From: an uncultured virus (IMG/VR IMGVR_UViG_3300042397_001048)
Taxonomy: Duplodnaviria; Heunggongvirae; Uroviricota; Caudoviricetes; Crassvirales
DNA: 64,000 nt
Virus record (IMG/VR): IMGVR_UViG_3300042397_001048
Strand: one strand, 5' to 3'
In this document: positions 48,673-57,925 of the stretch, one piece after another
How the letters are laid out: each line of letters starts with the position of its first letter
Numbering within the stretch: position 1 is the stretch's first letter
Translations under genes and position numbers: made by a program
The notes under the pieces: generated by a model
The model's input: only the letters and a program-made list of their open reading frames with translations
Told to the model about the DNA's origin: nothing
Database searches by the model: none

Positions 48673-48757
48673 AATCGGTATTATATTGCCGGATCCGGTC
48701 GTGTGTGCCGAAATAAATCACAAACAAAATCGGTAATATATTGCAGGATCCGGTCGT
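48673..48757 (+). repeat. 30-bp direct repeat, two copies with 2 mismatches
   Basis: AATCGGTAWTATATTGCMGGATCCGGTCGT at 48673-48702 and 48728-48757. Confidence 0.9.
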
Positions 48758-49100
48758 TTCGATTCTCTTTTTTGCCCAAAAATAAACCTATATTTTGCCC
48801 AAAATTGCGGGGCAATTGCCCGTACTTATCGGGTTGCCATAGTCCCAATTTCCGTACGTTTTTAAGTTTTACAAATTTATTTTGCATTACTCACACAAAG
48901 TTTTCAACGGTTTTTTGTTGTATTATTCCAACAATTTTCAAACCAAAATAGCCCTGGCGTGCTTGAATCGCATTTTTTTATAGGACAAAACCTGGATCCG
49001 CCAGGCTATGTGCTTATTTTTTTTCTACATTTATTTAACAAATTATTTTGCAGTTATAAAAATCTTTTTTAGTATTGCATATCAATTTAAAAGCGCAAAT

Positions 49101-49283
49101 ATGAAAACGACCTACATTTTTAACGTATACACGTATACAAATGAATTTGACTATATAGTCAAAACAAAAAAAACAATTAGCATAAAACGGGCTTCAGGCC
49201 GTACGGCTACGGAATACCTACGTAAAAAATACCCTGACTTTTTGGGCTACTTTATCGAATTAAATAGTATTAAAAATTCATAA
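49101..49283 (+). CDS. Early hypothetical protein
   Basis: Likely start MKTTYIF at 49101. Confidence 0.55.
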   Translation: MKTTYIFNVYTYTNEFDYIVKTKKTISIKRASGRTATEYLRKKYPDFLGYFIELNSIKNS

Positions 49284-49311
49284 TTCTCACACTCACAAAA
49301 AACCTTACAAA

Positions 49312-49983
49312 ATGAAAAATCTTACATTCAAATTAAATGGCGTTATCGTTAATTTTCAATTGAAAACTACCAATTCGAAAACGGGCGCATTGATTCAAAA
49401 CTATATTATTCCTACTGAATGGATTAATACAGATGCAAAAATTTCTACTTTATCGGACAAAGCGGTTTGTTTTGACTGCAAGCATTCGAAGGATAAAGAA
49501 AAAACCTGTTACGTACGTAAAGGTCAAAGCGAAATGGGACTATCCTCAAAAGTACGTAGTTTACGTAAAATTGGCCTTGACAATATCCCTGAATTTAGCC
49601 CTGAAATTGAGGCCGATTTGCTTAATGCAATTGAGGGTAAAGGTATTCGATTTGGTTCGTATGGTGAGCCGATTTTGCTAGGTGAAATATTGGTAGGCAA
49701 AATTGCAAAGCGCGCTAAATTTTGGACGGGCTATACCCACCAATGGCATAAAAATAATTGGGCTAAAAATTTCTTTATGGCCTCTGTAGAAAGTCAAACT
49801 ATTTCTAGCCTAGCGCAAAAATCAGGCTTCCGTACTTTCTTTGTAGGTCAGGCAAATGACCCTAAAAATTACGTGACCTGTCCCGCTAGTAAAGAGGCGG
49901 GCAATAGAACTACATGCGATAATTGTAAGCTATGCATGGGCACACAATCCAATGCAAAATCTGTGACAATATTGCCACACTAA
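49312..49983 (+). CDS. Cys-rich, possibly Fe-S/radical-SAM-related phage protein
   Basis: NSKTG, CFDC...CYV, RFGSYGEP, WTGYTHQW and CPA...TCDNCKLC motifs. Confidence 0.6.
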   Translation: MKNLTFKLNGVIVNFQLKTTNSKTGALIQNYIIPTEWINTDAKISTLSDKAVCFDCKHSKDKEKTCYVRKGQSEMGLSSKVRSLRKIGLDNIPEFSPEIEADLLNAIEGKGIRFGSYGEPILLGEILVGKIAKRAKFWTGYTHQWHKNNWAKNFFMASVESQTISSLAQKSGFRTFFVGQANDPKNYVTCPASKEAGNRTTCDNCKLCMGTQSNAKSVTILPH

Positions 49984-50045
49984 AATAAATTTCACACTCA
50001 CAAAAAGCCCGCGAGCCGAGGCAAAAATATCGGCTCAAATTTAAA

Positions 50046-50537
50046 ATGGAAAATTTACTAAAAGGTATCGCAAATTTCGAAGGTGATTCAACTACAAATA
50101 TGCTTGCATATTGTGACCCACGCGACACGTGGAATGGATGGGCACGGCCGTACATTCACCACAAATACGTTTATTATTTAATTCAAATGATAAGCGGAGG
50201 CGATAGTACCTACACGAGACAGGATGGCAATATATTGGTAGTTTATGGGGATGACTATAGCGTTTTGATTAAGCCCATATTGATAGATGGTGAGGAATAC
50301 TATTATTTTGGCAATGAGGGCATTTGCTTTGATTTTGAGCCGACAAAAAATGACGGCAAAGCAAGGGCTTTAATTACAGATATTGAGGGGCTTGTATACG
50401 ATGAGGACGTGGAGGAATTGAGCTACGGCGAAGTCGTGGAAGTTTTGACCATAAACAAGGAGAACGAATTTGTGTGGGTGTTAAGTGGTAGCGGTGTGGA
50501 GCATGGAATTGATATCGAGAGAATAATTTTAATTTAA
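50046..50537 (+). CDS. Early hypothetical protein
   Basis: 163-aa acidic ORF with a TWNGWARP motif. Confidence 0.65.
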   Translation: MENLLKGIANFEGDSTTNMLAYCDPRDTWNGWARPYIHHKYVYYLIQMISGGDSTYTRQDGNILVVYGDDYSVLIKPILIDGEEYYYFGNEGICFDFEPTKNDGKARALITDIEGLVYDEDVEELSYGEVVEVLTINKENEFVWVLSGSGVEHGIDIERIILI

Positions 50538-50557
50538 TAACCTTAACTAGAAAGCAA

Positions 50558-50938
50558 ATGAAAAAGTACATTGATTATTTAAGTGTTGATTTCGGAGTAA
50601 ATCAAATAGGTGATTTTAAAATCCAAAGAGACAGCCAAACAGAGGCTATATATTGGACGAATGGGTCTATTAATATTTGGGCTTCGCCCGGGTTTGAGGG
50701 CGACGAGGAAATAGTGGATTTACAGCTCGAATATTACGACGAGAACGGGGATGTTCACACGTCGGACGGGGAAATGTTTTACCTAAAAAATGAGGGCGAT
50801 TTGTTGGCGCAAAAGGTTAGGTATTTATCAATCATAGAGGCAATAATTAAAGAGGTTGATTGCATGCAATTTTATACTCATTATTATGAGGAAATGAATA
50901 GCGTTTTGGATAACAATTTTTGGAAAAAATTTAATTAA
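50558..50938 (+). CDS. Early acidic hypothetical protein
   Basis: 126-aa ORF in a tandem array. Confidence 0.65.
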   Translation: MKKYIDYLSVDFGVNQIGDFKIQRDSQTEAIYWTNGSINIWASPGFEGDEEIVDLQLEYYDENGDVHTSDGEMFYLKNEGDLLAQKVRYLSIIEAIIKEVDCMQFYTHYYEEMNSVLDNNFWKKFN

Positions 50939-50945
50939 TAAAAAC

Positions 50946-51194
50946 ATGTATACAATTAATAACCTAGCGAAAACCCTACGCAATAACGGGATAAATGTAG
51001 TGGCTGTGCATGAGTCGACTGACTGGCAAGTAGAGGACAATGAGATACAGCTGGATAATCAAATTTACCTACAGGTGGACGATGAATCCATTGGGGTATA
51101 TCGAGCAAATAGCGATTACAGGATGACCTGTTTAGGCTATTACGAGGAGGTGACATATAGCTTAATTCACAAACTTATCACACTCACGACATGA
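50946..51194 (+). CDS. Early hypothetical protein
   Basis: 82-aa ORF with ATGA coupling to the next gene. Confidence 0.6.
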   Translation: MYTINNLAKTLRNNGINVVAVHESTDWQVEDNEIQLDNQIYLQVDDESIGVYRANSDYRMTCLGYYEEVTYSLIHKLITLTT

Positions 51195-51346
51195 AAAAGC
51201 TAATCGCATGCATAATTGCCATCGTTTTAATGATGGCTGAAGCACCGGATCCGGGCGGGATCCTCACTTGGATAGGTGGAGGAATAATTTTTATAAGTGT
51301 TTTGGATTTTTTTAAAAAAGTATATAATGAGCAAGAAAATAATTAA
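51191..51346 (+). CDS. Small 2-TM membrane protein, 51 aa; absent from the ORF track
   Basis: MKKLIACIIAIVLMMAEAPDPGGILTWIGGGIIFISVLDFFKKVYNEQENN. Confidence 0.55.
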   Translation: MKKLIACIIAIVLMMAEAPDPGGILTWIGGGIIFISVLDFFKKVYNEQENN

Positions 51347-51536
51347 TTCGGGAGAGTACACGTTGCACGTGGTGAATTCAATGGGTGGCGTGATTATTGT
51401 AAAAGTATTTGAGAGGGTAAGCAAGGAGCTTGTCGAGTGCTCAATTTTTACAGAGGTCGATGAGACTTTGGAAGATTACGTGACAAAGTTCACAAATAAA
51501 ACTCAATCAATTTTAAACTTTTTAAACGCAAATTAA
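51327..51536 (+). CDS. Early hypothetical protein
   Basis: Likely start MSKKIINSG. Confidence 0.55.
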   Translation: MSKKIINSGEYTLHVVNSMGGVIIVKVFERVSKELVECSIFTEVDETLEDYVTKFTNKTQSILNFLNAN

Positions 51537-51537
51537 T

Positions 51538-51735
51538 ATGAGAAATTTAAAATTAGATTATGTCATTTACGATTTTGCAAATGATAATACAATCAAATTC
51601 TCAAATGGAGAAATTGTATTGTATGCTGATAAGCAGGAGGCTTTAAATGACTGCCACGGAAATGAGATTGTAATTCCGTGTACTGATTTACCTACACATT
51701 GGCAGATGGAAATTTTAAACTTTTTAAATCAATAA
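51538..51735 (+). CDS. Early hypothetical protein
   Basis: 65-aa ORF; ends ILNFLN like the previous gene. Confidence 0.6.
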   Translation: MRNLKLDYVIYDFANDNTIKFSNGEIVLYADKQEALNDCHGNEIVIPCTDLPTHWQMEILNFLNQ

Positions 51736-51739
51736 AGAC

Positions 51740-51979
51740 ATGGCAAACAATTTAGTACTTGACCGAAAATTATTTTTAGACTGGTATTTTAATGGAATCA
51801 GTTTTAATGATAATGTGTATGTGGCTTTGCTTAATGATGGCAAATTTGAATTGAACATCGAGGAATTACTTTATAGCGTTGTGGCCATGCCTGAATGGGT
51901 ATTAGTTAGTGGGCAACATTATGAGCTTGATGCTAATGGCGATGTTGATATAGATAATGTTTCACTTAAATTTAATTAA
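51740..51979 (+). CDS. Early hypothetical protein
   Basis: 79-aa ORF in a tandem array. Confidence 0.6.
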   Translation: MANNLVLDRKLFLDWYFNGISFNDNVYVALLNDGKFELNIEELLYSVVAMPEWVLVSGQHYELDANGDVDIDNVSLKFN

Positions 51980-51980
51980 A

Positions 51981-52256
51981 ATGGGACTTACAAGACAAGA
52001 AGACATTTGGGCGTGCTATAACTGTAGCGATTTGCAAGGTCGACATGACCTATGGTTCACGGGTGATTTATGTGAAAGGTGTAATCATAAGAGGGTATCC
52101 TTATCTGATTTGAAAGAAAAAATTGAGGCCATGTATTTGGATTGGCTGAATAATTTTCTGAGTGCTGAGGCACTAGCTGACTATTACGAGATAGATTTAA
52201 TTAAGGCTTTGCGAGTTATATCAATTGGCCGTCACATAAACCAACGTAGGGCATGA
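51981..52256 (+). CDS. Hypothetical protein with CxxC...CxxC
   Basis: CYNC...CERC and MYLDWLNNFLS...A.YY motifs. Confidence 0.6.
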   Translation: MGLTRQEDIWACYNCSDLQGRHDLWFTGDLCERCNHKRVSLSDLKEKIEAMYLDWLNNFLSAEALADYYEIDLIKALRVISIGRHINQRRA

Positions 52257-52867
52257 AAGTATTAGAACTGTTTGCCGGATCCAGGTCGATCGGCAAGATG
52301 GCCGACCGCATGGGATGGGAATGTTATAGCTCTGACATCAATGATTTTGAGGGCATAGATTACGTGGTGAATGTATTGGAGTTTGATGTGAGCAAAGTAC
52401 CATTTAAGCCCGACATCATTTGGGCATCGCCACCATGTACATCGTTTAGTGTGGCATCATTGGGTCACCATTGGACTGGTGGTGTGGGTGCATACATTCC
52501 AAAGACTGACAGTGCAAGATTAGGTATTGCATTAGCTAAAAAAACTTTGGAAATAATTAATCATTTTGACCCAACTTTTTGGTATATTGAGAACCCAAGG
52601 GGTATGCTACGCAAGATGCCATTTATGCCAAATCATTTACGCAAAGGGGTCACCTATTGCCAGTATGGCGATGACCGCATGAAGCCCACGGACATATGGA
52701 CTAACAATGGATTCTGGACACCGAGACCCATGTGTAAGAACGGTGAAGCTTGTCATGTGTCAGCCCCTCGTGGCTCACAGACAGGCACGCAAGGATTATC
52801 TAATCCTTATGAGCGAAGTAAACTACCATCATTATTGTGTTACGAAATTTTAAAATCATGTTCATAG
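52253..52867 (+). CDS. Short C5-cytosine DNA methyltransferase-like protein
   Basis: Motif I VLELFAG, motif IV WASPPC and motif VI IENP. Confidence 0.85.
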   Translation: MKVLELFAGSRSIGKMADRMGWECYSSDINDFEGIDYVVNVLEFDVSKVPFKPDIIWASPPCTSFSVASLGHHWTGGVGAYIPKTDSARLGIALAKKTLEIINHFDPTFWYIENPRGMLRKMPFMPNHLRKGVTYCQYGDDRMKPTDIWTNNGFWTPRPMCKNGEACHVSAPRGSQTGTQGLSNPYERSKLPSLLCYEILKSCS

Positions 52868-53067
52868 ACGACAAACCCGCAAGCTTTAACATAGCTTACG
52901 CATCCAAAGAATGGATGGAGAATTTAGATTTTCAATTAGCATTATCAAGACAAAAATTAGATGAGACAAAACTTAAATCATTTTCGAGAATTAATCCTTA
53001 TGGGCAAAAAGAAAGGAAGGCTTATACTGCCATTGAGCAATTGGAGTCAGTTGCAAGTGAGCTTTGA
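52858..53067 (+). CDS. Hypothetical protein
   Basis: Likely start MFIDDKP. Confidence 0.45.
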   Translation: MFIDDKPASFNIAYASKEWMENLDFQLALSRQKLDETKLKSFSRINPYGQKERKAYTAIEQLESVASEL

Positions 53068-53206
53068 TAAAGACCCTATTACGGGCAGGTACATCCTGCA
53101 GGCATTTGAGAATGCGACATGGCTATTCACATTGCATGAGTATAGCTTAGATAGAGTGGCACAAGAGTTTGACAATTTAATAAACGAATACGTATGTTGG
53201 GATTAG
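53000..53206 (+). CDS. Hypothetical protein
   Basis: Likely start MGKKKGR; start is uncertain. Confidence 0.45.
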   Translation: MGKKKGRLILPLSNWSQLQVSFDKDPITGRYILQAFENATWLFTLHEYSLDRVAQEFDNLINEYVCWD

Positions 53207-53496
53207 TAGTTATTCAGTATGTGTTGGCATTGGCAGTAGTAATCTGTGCGGTGCTAGGCTATAGTTGGCAGGCCATAATGTTGTCAATGTGTATTTATTC
53301 AGTGTATATATTAATTAAAAATGGACGATCAAAAAACGATTTATAAGGCCATAGTTATATGGATTATTTGTAGTGCAGTAATTTTTTATTTAGCACATTT
53401 TATTTATAAAGTGTAATGGACAAGAGACAAGCAGGGGTATTCACCCTATTCACATGGGCATTATTTGTTTTACTAGTAATAATTTTTTGCAGATGA
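53194..53496 (+). CDS. Three overlapping or coupled membrane microproteins (53194-53346, 53321-53416, 53416-53496)
   Basis: 50, 31 and 26 aa, each largely hydrophobic; TAATG and ATGA overlaps. Confidence 0.55.
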
Positions 53497-53855
53497 TAAC
53501 AGATGTAGATTTAATTGACGAGATAGCTAAGAAGATTATCTATCGTCACCGTATCAAGAAGTTAGATATGTTCAGAAACACTAAGGTGTTTCCGGTAGTA
53601 AACGCACGCCACCATTTTTATTACCTGTGCAAGGGTGCAGGTATCAAGGTGTGCGAGATTCAAAGGTATTGCGAGAGGTATGGGTATCCCATTGACCACG
53701 CATCGGTTTTGTATGGTATTAAAAAATTTAAATCAAATGAAAACAATATCGCTAATTATAATAGGCTTGGTGGGATTATTGATCGTGAGTGGCTTGAGGA
53801 CCGCTCCGACAAAAAGCGAACCAAGAATCGTGATTGTGAACCACAATTGGAGTGA
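53493..53855 (+). CDS. DnaA C-terminal (domain IV)-like HTH protein
   Basis: VVNARHHFYYLC...IDHASVLYGIKK matches the DnaA-C pattern R..AMYL...DHTTV. Confidence 0.7.
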   Translation: MITDVDLIDEIAKKIIYRHRIKKLDMFRNTKVFPVVNARHHFYYLCKGAGIKVCEIQRYCERYGYPIDHASVLYGIKKFKSNENNIANYNRLGGIIDREWLEDRSDKKRTKNRDCEPQLE

Positions 53856-54357
53856 TAAATTTGACAGCTCTTACGTTGACCGATTAGGTACACGCATTTA
53901 TTGCATGAAAAAAATTACTTACATTAAAGAACTAAAGAAATGGGGGTTGTATTAGAAGTAGCCATTGGCTCAATTTTCTTGATGTCATTGATGGTATATG
54001 TTGAGAGAAAAAATACGGATAAGGTTTTTTTAAATATTATACAAGGGGCATTGACAATAGGTTTTGTTTTGTTTGCTTATATTATAGGTCATTTCATTTT
54101 AAACTTATTCCTGTCATGAAGAAACTAGTATTTATTATTGTGGTCGCATTGGCCTATTCTTGCGTGCGTGATGCATGCAAGCCTGGCATCCCCAAGGGGA
54201 GAACAAAAATGATTAACAAGTTGGGTAGAGAGTATAACTATAAACCATATACACCATGGTAATGAAGATAATTAGTTTTCTATTTTTTGGTACGATTGGA
54301 TTAGTATTCATATTGCCATTAGCAATTATTTTAAGATTTTTAACTAAGCCAAGATGA
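53737..54357 (+). CDS. Four membrane or lipoprotein microproteins (53737-53955, 53940-54119, 54116-54262, 54262-54357)
   Basis: Hydrophobic N-termini; lipobox AYSC in 54116-54262; ATGA and TAATG overlaps. Confidence 0.55.
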
Positions 54358-54842
54358 TAAGAGTTGATGAACTTGGATGCCCACATTGTGAGTACGTGTT
54401 CACGAAGGAATACGTTGCTGAGAGATTTGATACGACATCAAGCTTACGCATTGTGTCAGGCTACTGCAAGGGATGCAGTAAGCGTGTGACGATCCGGATC
54501 AACACGAGTGGAGCAACTAAGATTTATCCATTGCATAATGGGTATTTGGATGTTGGAGATGACATGGACAGAGATAGGGGTGGGTATTTAAAGCACCGCC
54601 CTAATTGTCCACACTGCCAGCAGGCTAATGATGTGGCACTGATAGATAAGTTCTTTATCAAGTCAGGGAACAAGACAGCGATGAACTTGACATGTGAGCA
54701 TTGCAGGCAGAAGGTGCTTGTCAATAGAAGTAAGTCTGGGTTTTATAATTTATATCCATACACAGACTACAAGAAACAACGTAAAATCAAATCGGGATGG
54801 GTACAAGTACGCTTTCCTAAACAAAAAGAGAATGACACCTAA
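54354..54842 (+). CDS. Tandem zinc-ribbon protein
   Basis: Two CPHC...CxxC..V....SG...[IL]YP repeats. Confidence 0.7.
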   Translation: MIRVDELGCPHCEYVFTKEYVAERFDTTSSLRIVSGYCKGCSKRVTIRINTSGATKIYPLHNGYLDVGDDMDRDRGGYLKHRPNCPHCQQANDVALIDKFFIKSGNKTAMNLTCEHCRQKVLVNRSKSGFYNLYPYTDYKKQRKIKSGWVQVRFPKQKENDT

Positions 54843-55059
54843 AGAAAAGGCAGAAGAATTATTTAACAAGTTTACTCTTTATCTTGGTACTGATGCTGAG
54901 GGCATTGAATACTATGTTAATGATTTAGAGGCAAAGCGTTGTGCAATAATTGCAGTAGATGAAATATTATGGCTATTGAATGAAATAGATTATGACACAT
55001 ACTCTTATAATGCAATTGTATTTTATAATGAAGTTAAACAAGAAATAGAAAAGTTATGA
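54832..55059 (+). CDS. Hypothetical phage protein
   Basis: MTPKEKAEEL...AKRCAIIAVDEI...EVKQEIEKL. Confidence 0.7.
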   Translation: MTPKEKAEELFNKFTLYLGTDAEGIEYYVNDLEAKRCAIIAVDEILWLLNEIDYDTYSYNAIVFYNEVKQEIEKL

Positions 55060-55376
55060 CACAAGAAGAATTCAATTATACCATTATTGGTTTATTTCAG
55101 GATGCTGAAGAAATTAGATTGACTAAGCAGCCAGAGTACACACTTGAAAATGTAGATGTGCTAAATAATTTTAAGCAATCAGCCAAGCGTGCAGGCGTAT
55201 CGCCTATGCAAGTGTGGTCAATATTTTTTGATAAGCAACTGACTAGTATTCAGTCACATATCAAAAACCCTAACCTAGTTCAGGCCGAGCCTTTGGACAG
55301 CAGATGGGCTGATCTGTACAACTATTTATTGCTAGGTTTTGCACTTTATAAAGAAAGTGATGAACAAAATAAATAA
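55056..55376 (+). CDS. Nucleotide-modification-associated (DUF1599-like) all-alpha protein
   Basis: K..EY...D.LNNFK...DK...E.L..R..DL.NY pattern. Confidence 0.55.
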   Translation: MTQEEFNYTIIGLFQDAEEIRLTKQPEYTLENVDVLNNFKQSAKRAGVSPMQVWSIFFDKQLTSIQSHIKNPNLVQAEPLDSRWADLYNYLLLGFALYKESDEQNK

Positions 55377-55379
55377 CTT

Positions 55380-55410
55380 TTTGTATATATTAAATTTAAT
55401 TTTATCTTTG
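55380..55410 (+). promoter_or_regulatory. Full Bacteroidota -33/-7 promoter
   Basis: TTTG (55380-55383), 19-nt spacer, TATCTTTG (55403-55410). Confidence 0.75.
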
Positions 55411-55435
55411 TCGCACACATTTAATCAAATCAAAT

Positions 55436-56035
55436 ATGTCAAACAAATCAGTATTCGAGCAACTCAGCTCGCTTAACCTTTCGTCTAAAACAGAGAAGAG
55501 AGGTAATCTAACTTACTTATCCTGGGCTCATGCCTGGGCTGAATGCAAGAAGTTATTCCCCGACATGACACGCACGGTGTATGAGAGTGAAACAGGCATG
55601 AACTATTTCACGGATGGTTCAACTGCGTGGGTTAAGGTTGGGGTGACCATCCAAGGTCAGGAGCACATTGACTACTTGCCTGTCATGGACATGCGTAATC
55701 AATCAGTGCCACTAGCTAACATCACATCGATGCAGGTGAACAAGACTATTCAGCGTTCGACCGTTAAGGCGTTGGCGTTACATGGCTTGGCGTTGAACAT
55801 CTACGCTAAGGAAGACTTCCCTGCTGAATCAGACTCAAACATTCAGGCGGTGAAGGCACAGCCTAAGGCTACGGCAAAGGTGGCGTTGGTAGAGGGCGAT
55901 GCTAATTGGGAGAAGGTGTCGACATTTGTCATTGACAACATGGGCACATCAACTGCTGACATCATTAAGAAGTTGTCAGTTAAGTATGAGATTTCAGATT
56001 CAGTTAAGAAAGCAATCGACAAACTACGCAAGTAA
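55436..56035 (+). CDS. Sak-like (DUF1071) single-strand annealing protein
   Basis: LTYLSWAHAW, YLPVMD.RN and IQR..VKALALHGL.L.IYA.ED motifs. Confidence 0.85.
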   Translation: MSNKSVFEQLSSLNLSSKTEKRGNLTYLSWAHAWAECKKLFPDMTRTVYESETGMNYFTDGSTAWVKVGVTIQGQEHIDYLPVMDMRNQSVPLANITSMQVNKTIQRSTVKALALHGLALNIYAKEDFPAESDSNIQAVKAQPKATAKVALVEGDANWEKVSTFVIDNMGTSTADIIKKLSVKYEISDSVKKAIDKLRK

Positions 56036-56298
56036 TGGAGGCTAAAGAAACTTTTGATTATTCAGGCGAATTAGGATTCATGAACCCAAGATTTGACCTA
56101 GAAGAAATTGAAATTGATAGAGACTCTACTGTATTATATAACACAAAAGCTTATTGGTATGTATTTTTTTGCACAAAAACCAAAAGAGGTATTAATCAAT
56201 ATGGAAGAGTTGTATTACAAGATGCTACTAAATATTTAATTAGCAGAGGATTGATGGACGAAAATTATAATCAAATTAAATACTTTGAAGAAGAATAA
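56035..56298 (+). CDS. Hypothetical protein
   Basis: 87-aa ORF with TAATG coupling. Confidence 0.55.
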   Translation: MEAKETFDYSGELGFMNPRFDLEEIEIDRDSTVLYNTKAYWYVFFCTKTKRGINQYGRVVLQDATKYLISRGLMDENYNQIKYFEEE

Positions 56299-56299
56299 T

Positions 56300-57031
56300 A
56301 TGTCAAATATAATCGAAACACTACGCAATGACACCGAGTATTACTCGGGTATCGGCAAGAACTACTTATCTAACTCAGACATCAGTGCGTTGCTATACAA
56401 CCCGATGCAGTTTGGTAAGGACAAAGATAAGACTCCTGCTATGCTTGCAGGGTCTTACTTCCACGCATCTATTCTTGAGCCTGAGAAGGTGGTGAACTTC
56501 CCAAAGGTGGAGGCATCGACACGTACGACCAACATCTACAAGGAGGCCATAGCATCACATGGTGTGGACATGTTATTACTTCAGAAGGAAGGGGATGACA
56601 TTGACCGCATGGTCAAGGCTTTGCTTGCCAACTTTACATTCTACGACATGATCCGTGACAAAGGTAACGAGTATGAGGTGCCAGCTGTCGGTGAGATTGG
56701 TGGTGTGCAATGGAAGGGCAAGTCGGATATAGTCGGTCAGGAAATCCTGATTGACCTGAAGACCACAGGAAACCTAGATGATTTCCGATTCTCTGCACGC
56801 AAATATAATTACGATAGTCAAGCATATATATATAATCAATTGTTCGGTAAGCCTATGGTATTCATCGCTGTTGAAAAAGAAACCTGTCGGACAGGTCTAT
56901 TTGAATGCAGTGATGAGTTCCTAGACAAGGGACGAGAGAAGGTATACAAGGCTATCGAGGTGTACCAAAAGTTCTTTGGAGCAAATGCGACCGATGACAT
57001 TACTCAGTATTTTTTAACCCAAACTTTATAA
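56300..57031 (+). CDS. PD-(D/E)XK exonuclease (RecE/DUF3799-like)
   Basis: LSNS, GSYFH..ILEP, KGKSD...IDLKT, YDSQAYIY and FIAVEK motifs. Confidence 0.85.
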   Translation: MSNIIETLRNDTEYYSGIGKNYLSNSDISALLYNPMQFGKDKDKTPAMLAGSYFHASILEPEKVVNFPKVEASTRTTNIYKEAIASHGVDMLLLQKEGDDIDRMVKALLANFTFYDMIRDKGNEYEVPAVGEIGGVQWKGKSDIVGQEILIDLKTTGNLDDFRFSARKYNYDSQAYIYNQLFGKPMVFIAVEKETCRTGLFECSDEFLDKGREKVYKAIEVYQKFFGANATDDITQYFLTQTL

Positions 57032-57036
57032 TTATT

Positions 57037-57342
57037 ATGGCACAATTAATTTCAGCATCTATTGATGTATCAAAAATCTCCAAGGACAAGTTAATCAAAG
57101 GAGCAAAAGGTAACTACCTTAACATTACTATCTCTATCAATGATGAGGTGGACCAGTATGGCAACCAAGTAGGAATCTACGAGTCGCAGTCTAAGGACGA
57201 GCGTGATGCTAAGGACAAGAAGAATTACTTAGGTAACGGCAAGATTGCTTGGACATCTGATGGTGGCTCAACAGCCAAGCCTGCACCTGCTAAGACAGCA
57301 CCTGCTCCTATTGTTGAGGAGGAAAGTGACTTGCCATTTTAA
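57037..57342 (+). CDS. Probable single-stranded DNA-binding protein
   Basis: Beta-rich core with acidic C-terminus EEESDLPF. Confidence 0.7.
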   Translation: MAQLISASIDVSKISKDKLIKGAKGNYLNITISINDEVDQYGNQVGIYESQSKDERDAKDKKNYLGNGKIAWTSDGGSTAKPAPAKTAPAPIVEEESDLPF

Positions 57343-57397
57343 AATGGAAGTTTTCTAAATTATTCTAGTTACCTTTGTAGAAACAAATGTAAATATT

Positions 57398-57925
57398 ATG
57401 ATACAAATAAAACAATGTTTTAAGTGTGGTGAATTAAAAGAGTTGACTGAATTTTACAAGCATAAACAAATGGTTGATGGGCATTTAAACAAATGCAAGT
57501 CATGCACCAAAAATGATGTTCACGAAAATTACAGCAAAAACTCAAAAGACCAATTGTTTGTAGAGCAAGAGAGAAAAAGGGGAAGAAATAAGTACCATAG
57601 ATTATATCATGGTACAGGGAAATCTAAACCAAAATCAATTTCTAGATATCGAATTTTATATCCTGAAAAAATAAATGCAAAGAACAATTGTAGTCACATT
57701 AAACCACCACAACCTGGGCTTGAGAAACATCATTGGTCATACAATGAAGAACATTATAAAGACTTGATATTCCTAACTAAGAAGCATCACATGAAAGCAC
57801 ATCGCTTCATTGTTTATGATCAAGAAAGAATGATGTATAGAATGTATGATACCAATGAGTTACTTGATACCAAAGAAAAACATGAATCATTTATTTTATT
57901 CTGTATAGAAAACAAAGAAGACTAA
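57398..57925 (+). CDS. HNH-like endonuclease with an N-terminal Zn finger
   Basis: KQCFKC...EFY...DG.LNKCKSC and HHWSY...L..KHH...H motifs; TACCTTTG box at 57370-57377. Confidence 0.7.
   Translation: MIQIKQCFKCGELKELTEFYKHKQMVDGHLNKCKSCTKNDVHENYSKNSKDQLFVEQERKRGRNKYHRLYHGTGKSKPKSISRYRILYPEKINAKNNCSHIKPPQPGLEKHHWSYNEEHYKDLIFLTKKHHMKAHRFIVYDQERMMYRMYDTNELLDTKEKHESFILFCIENKED

Noticed and set aside
48673..48757. CRISPR mini-array
   Set aside because: Only two repeats with a 25-nt spacer, no cas genes, and no recognisable CRISPR repeat end.
48681..48951. ORFs in the strand-switch region
   Set aside because: Atypical composition, weak starts and overlap with DNA repeats point to non-coding sequence.
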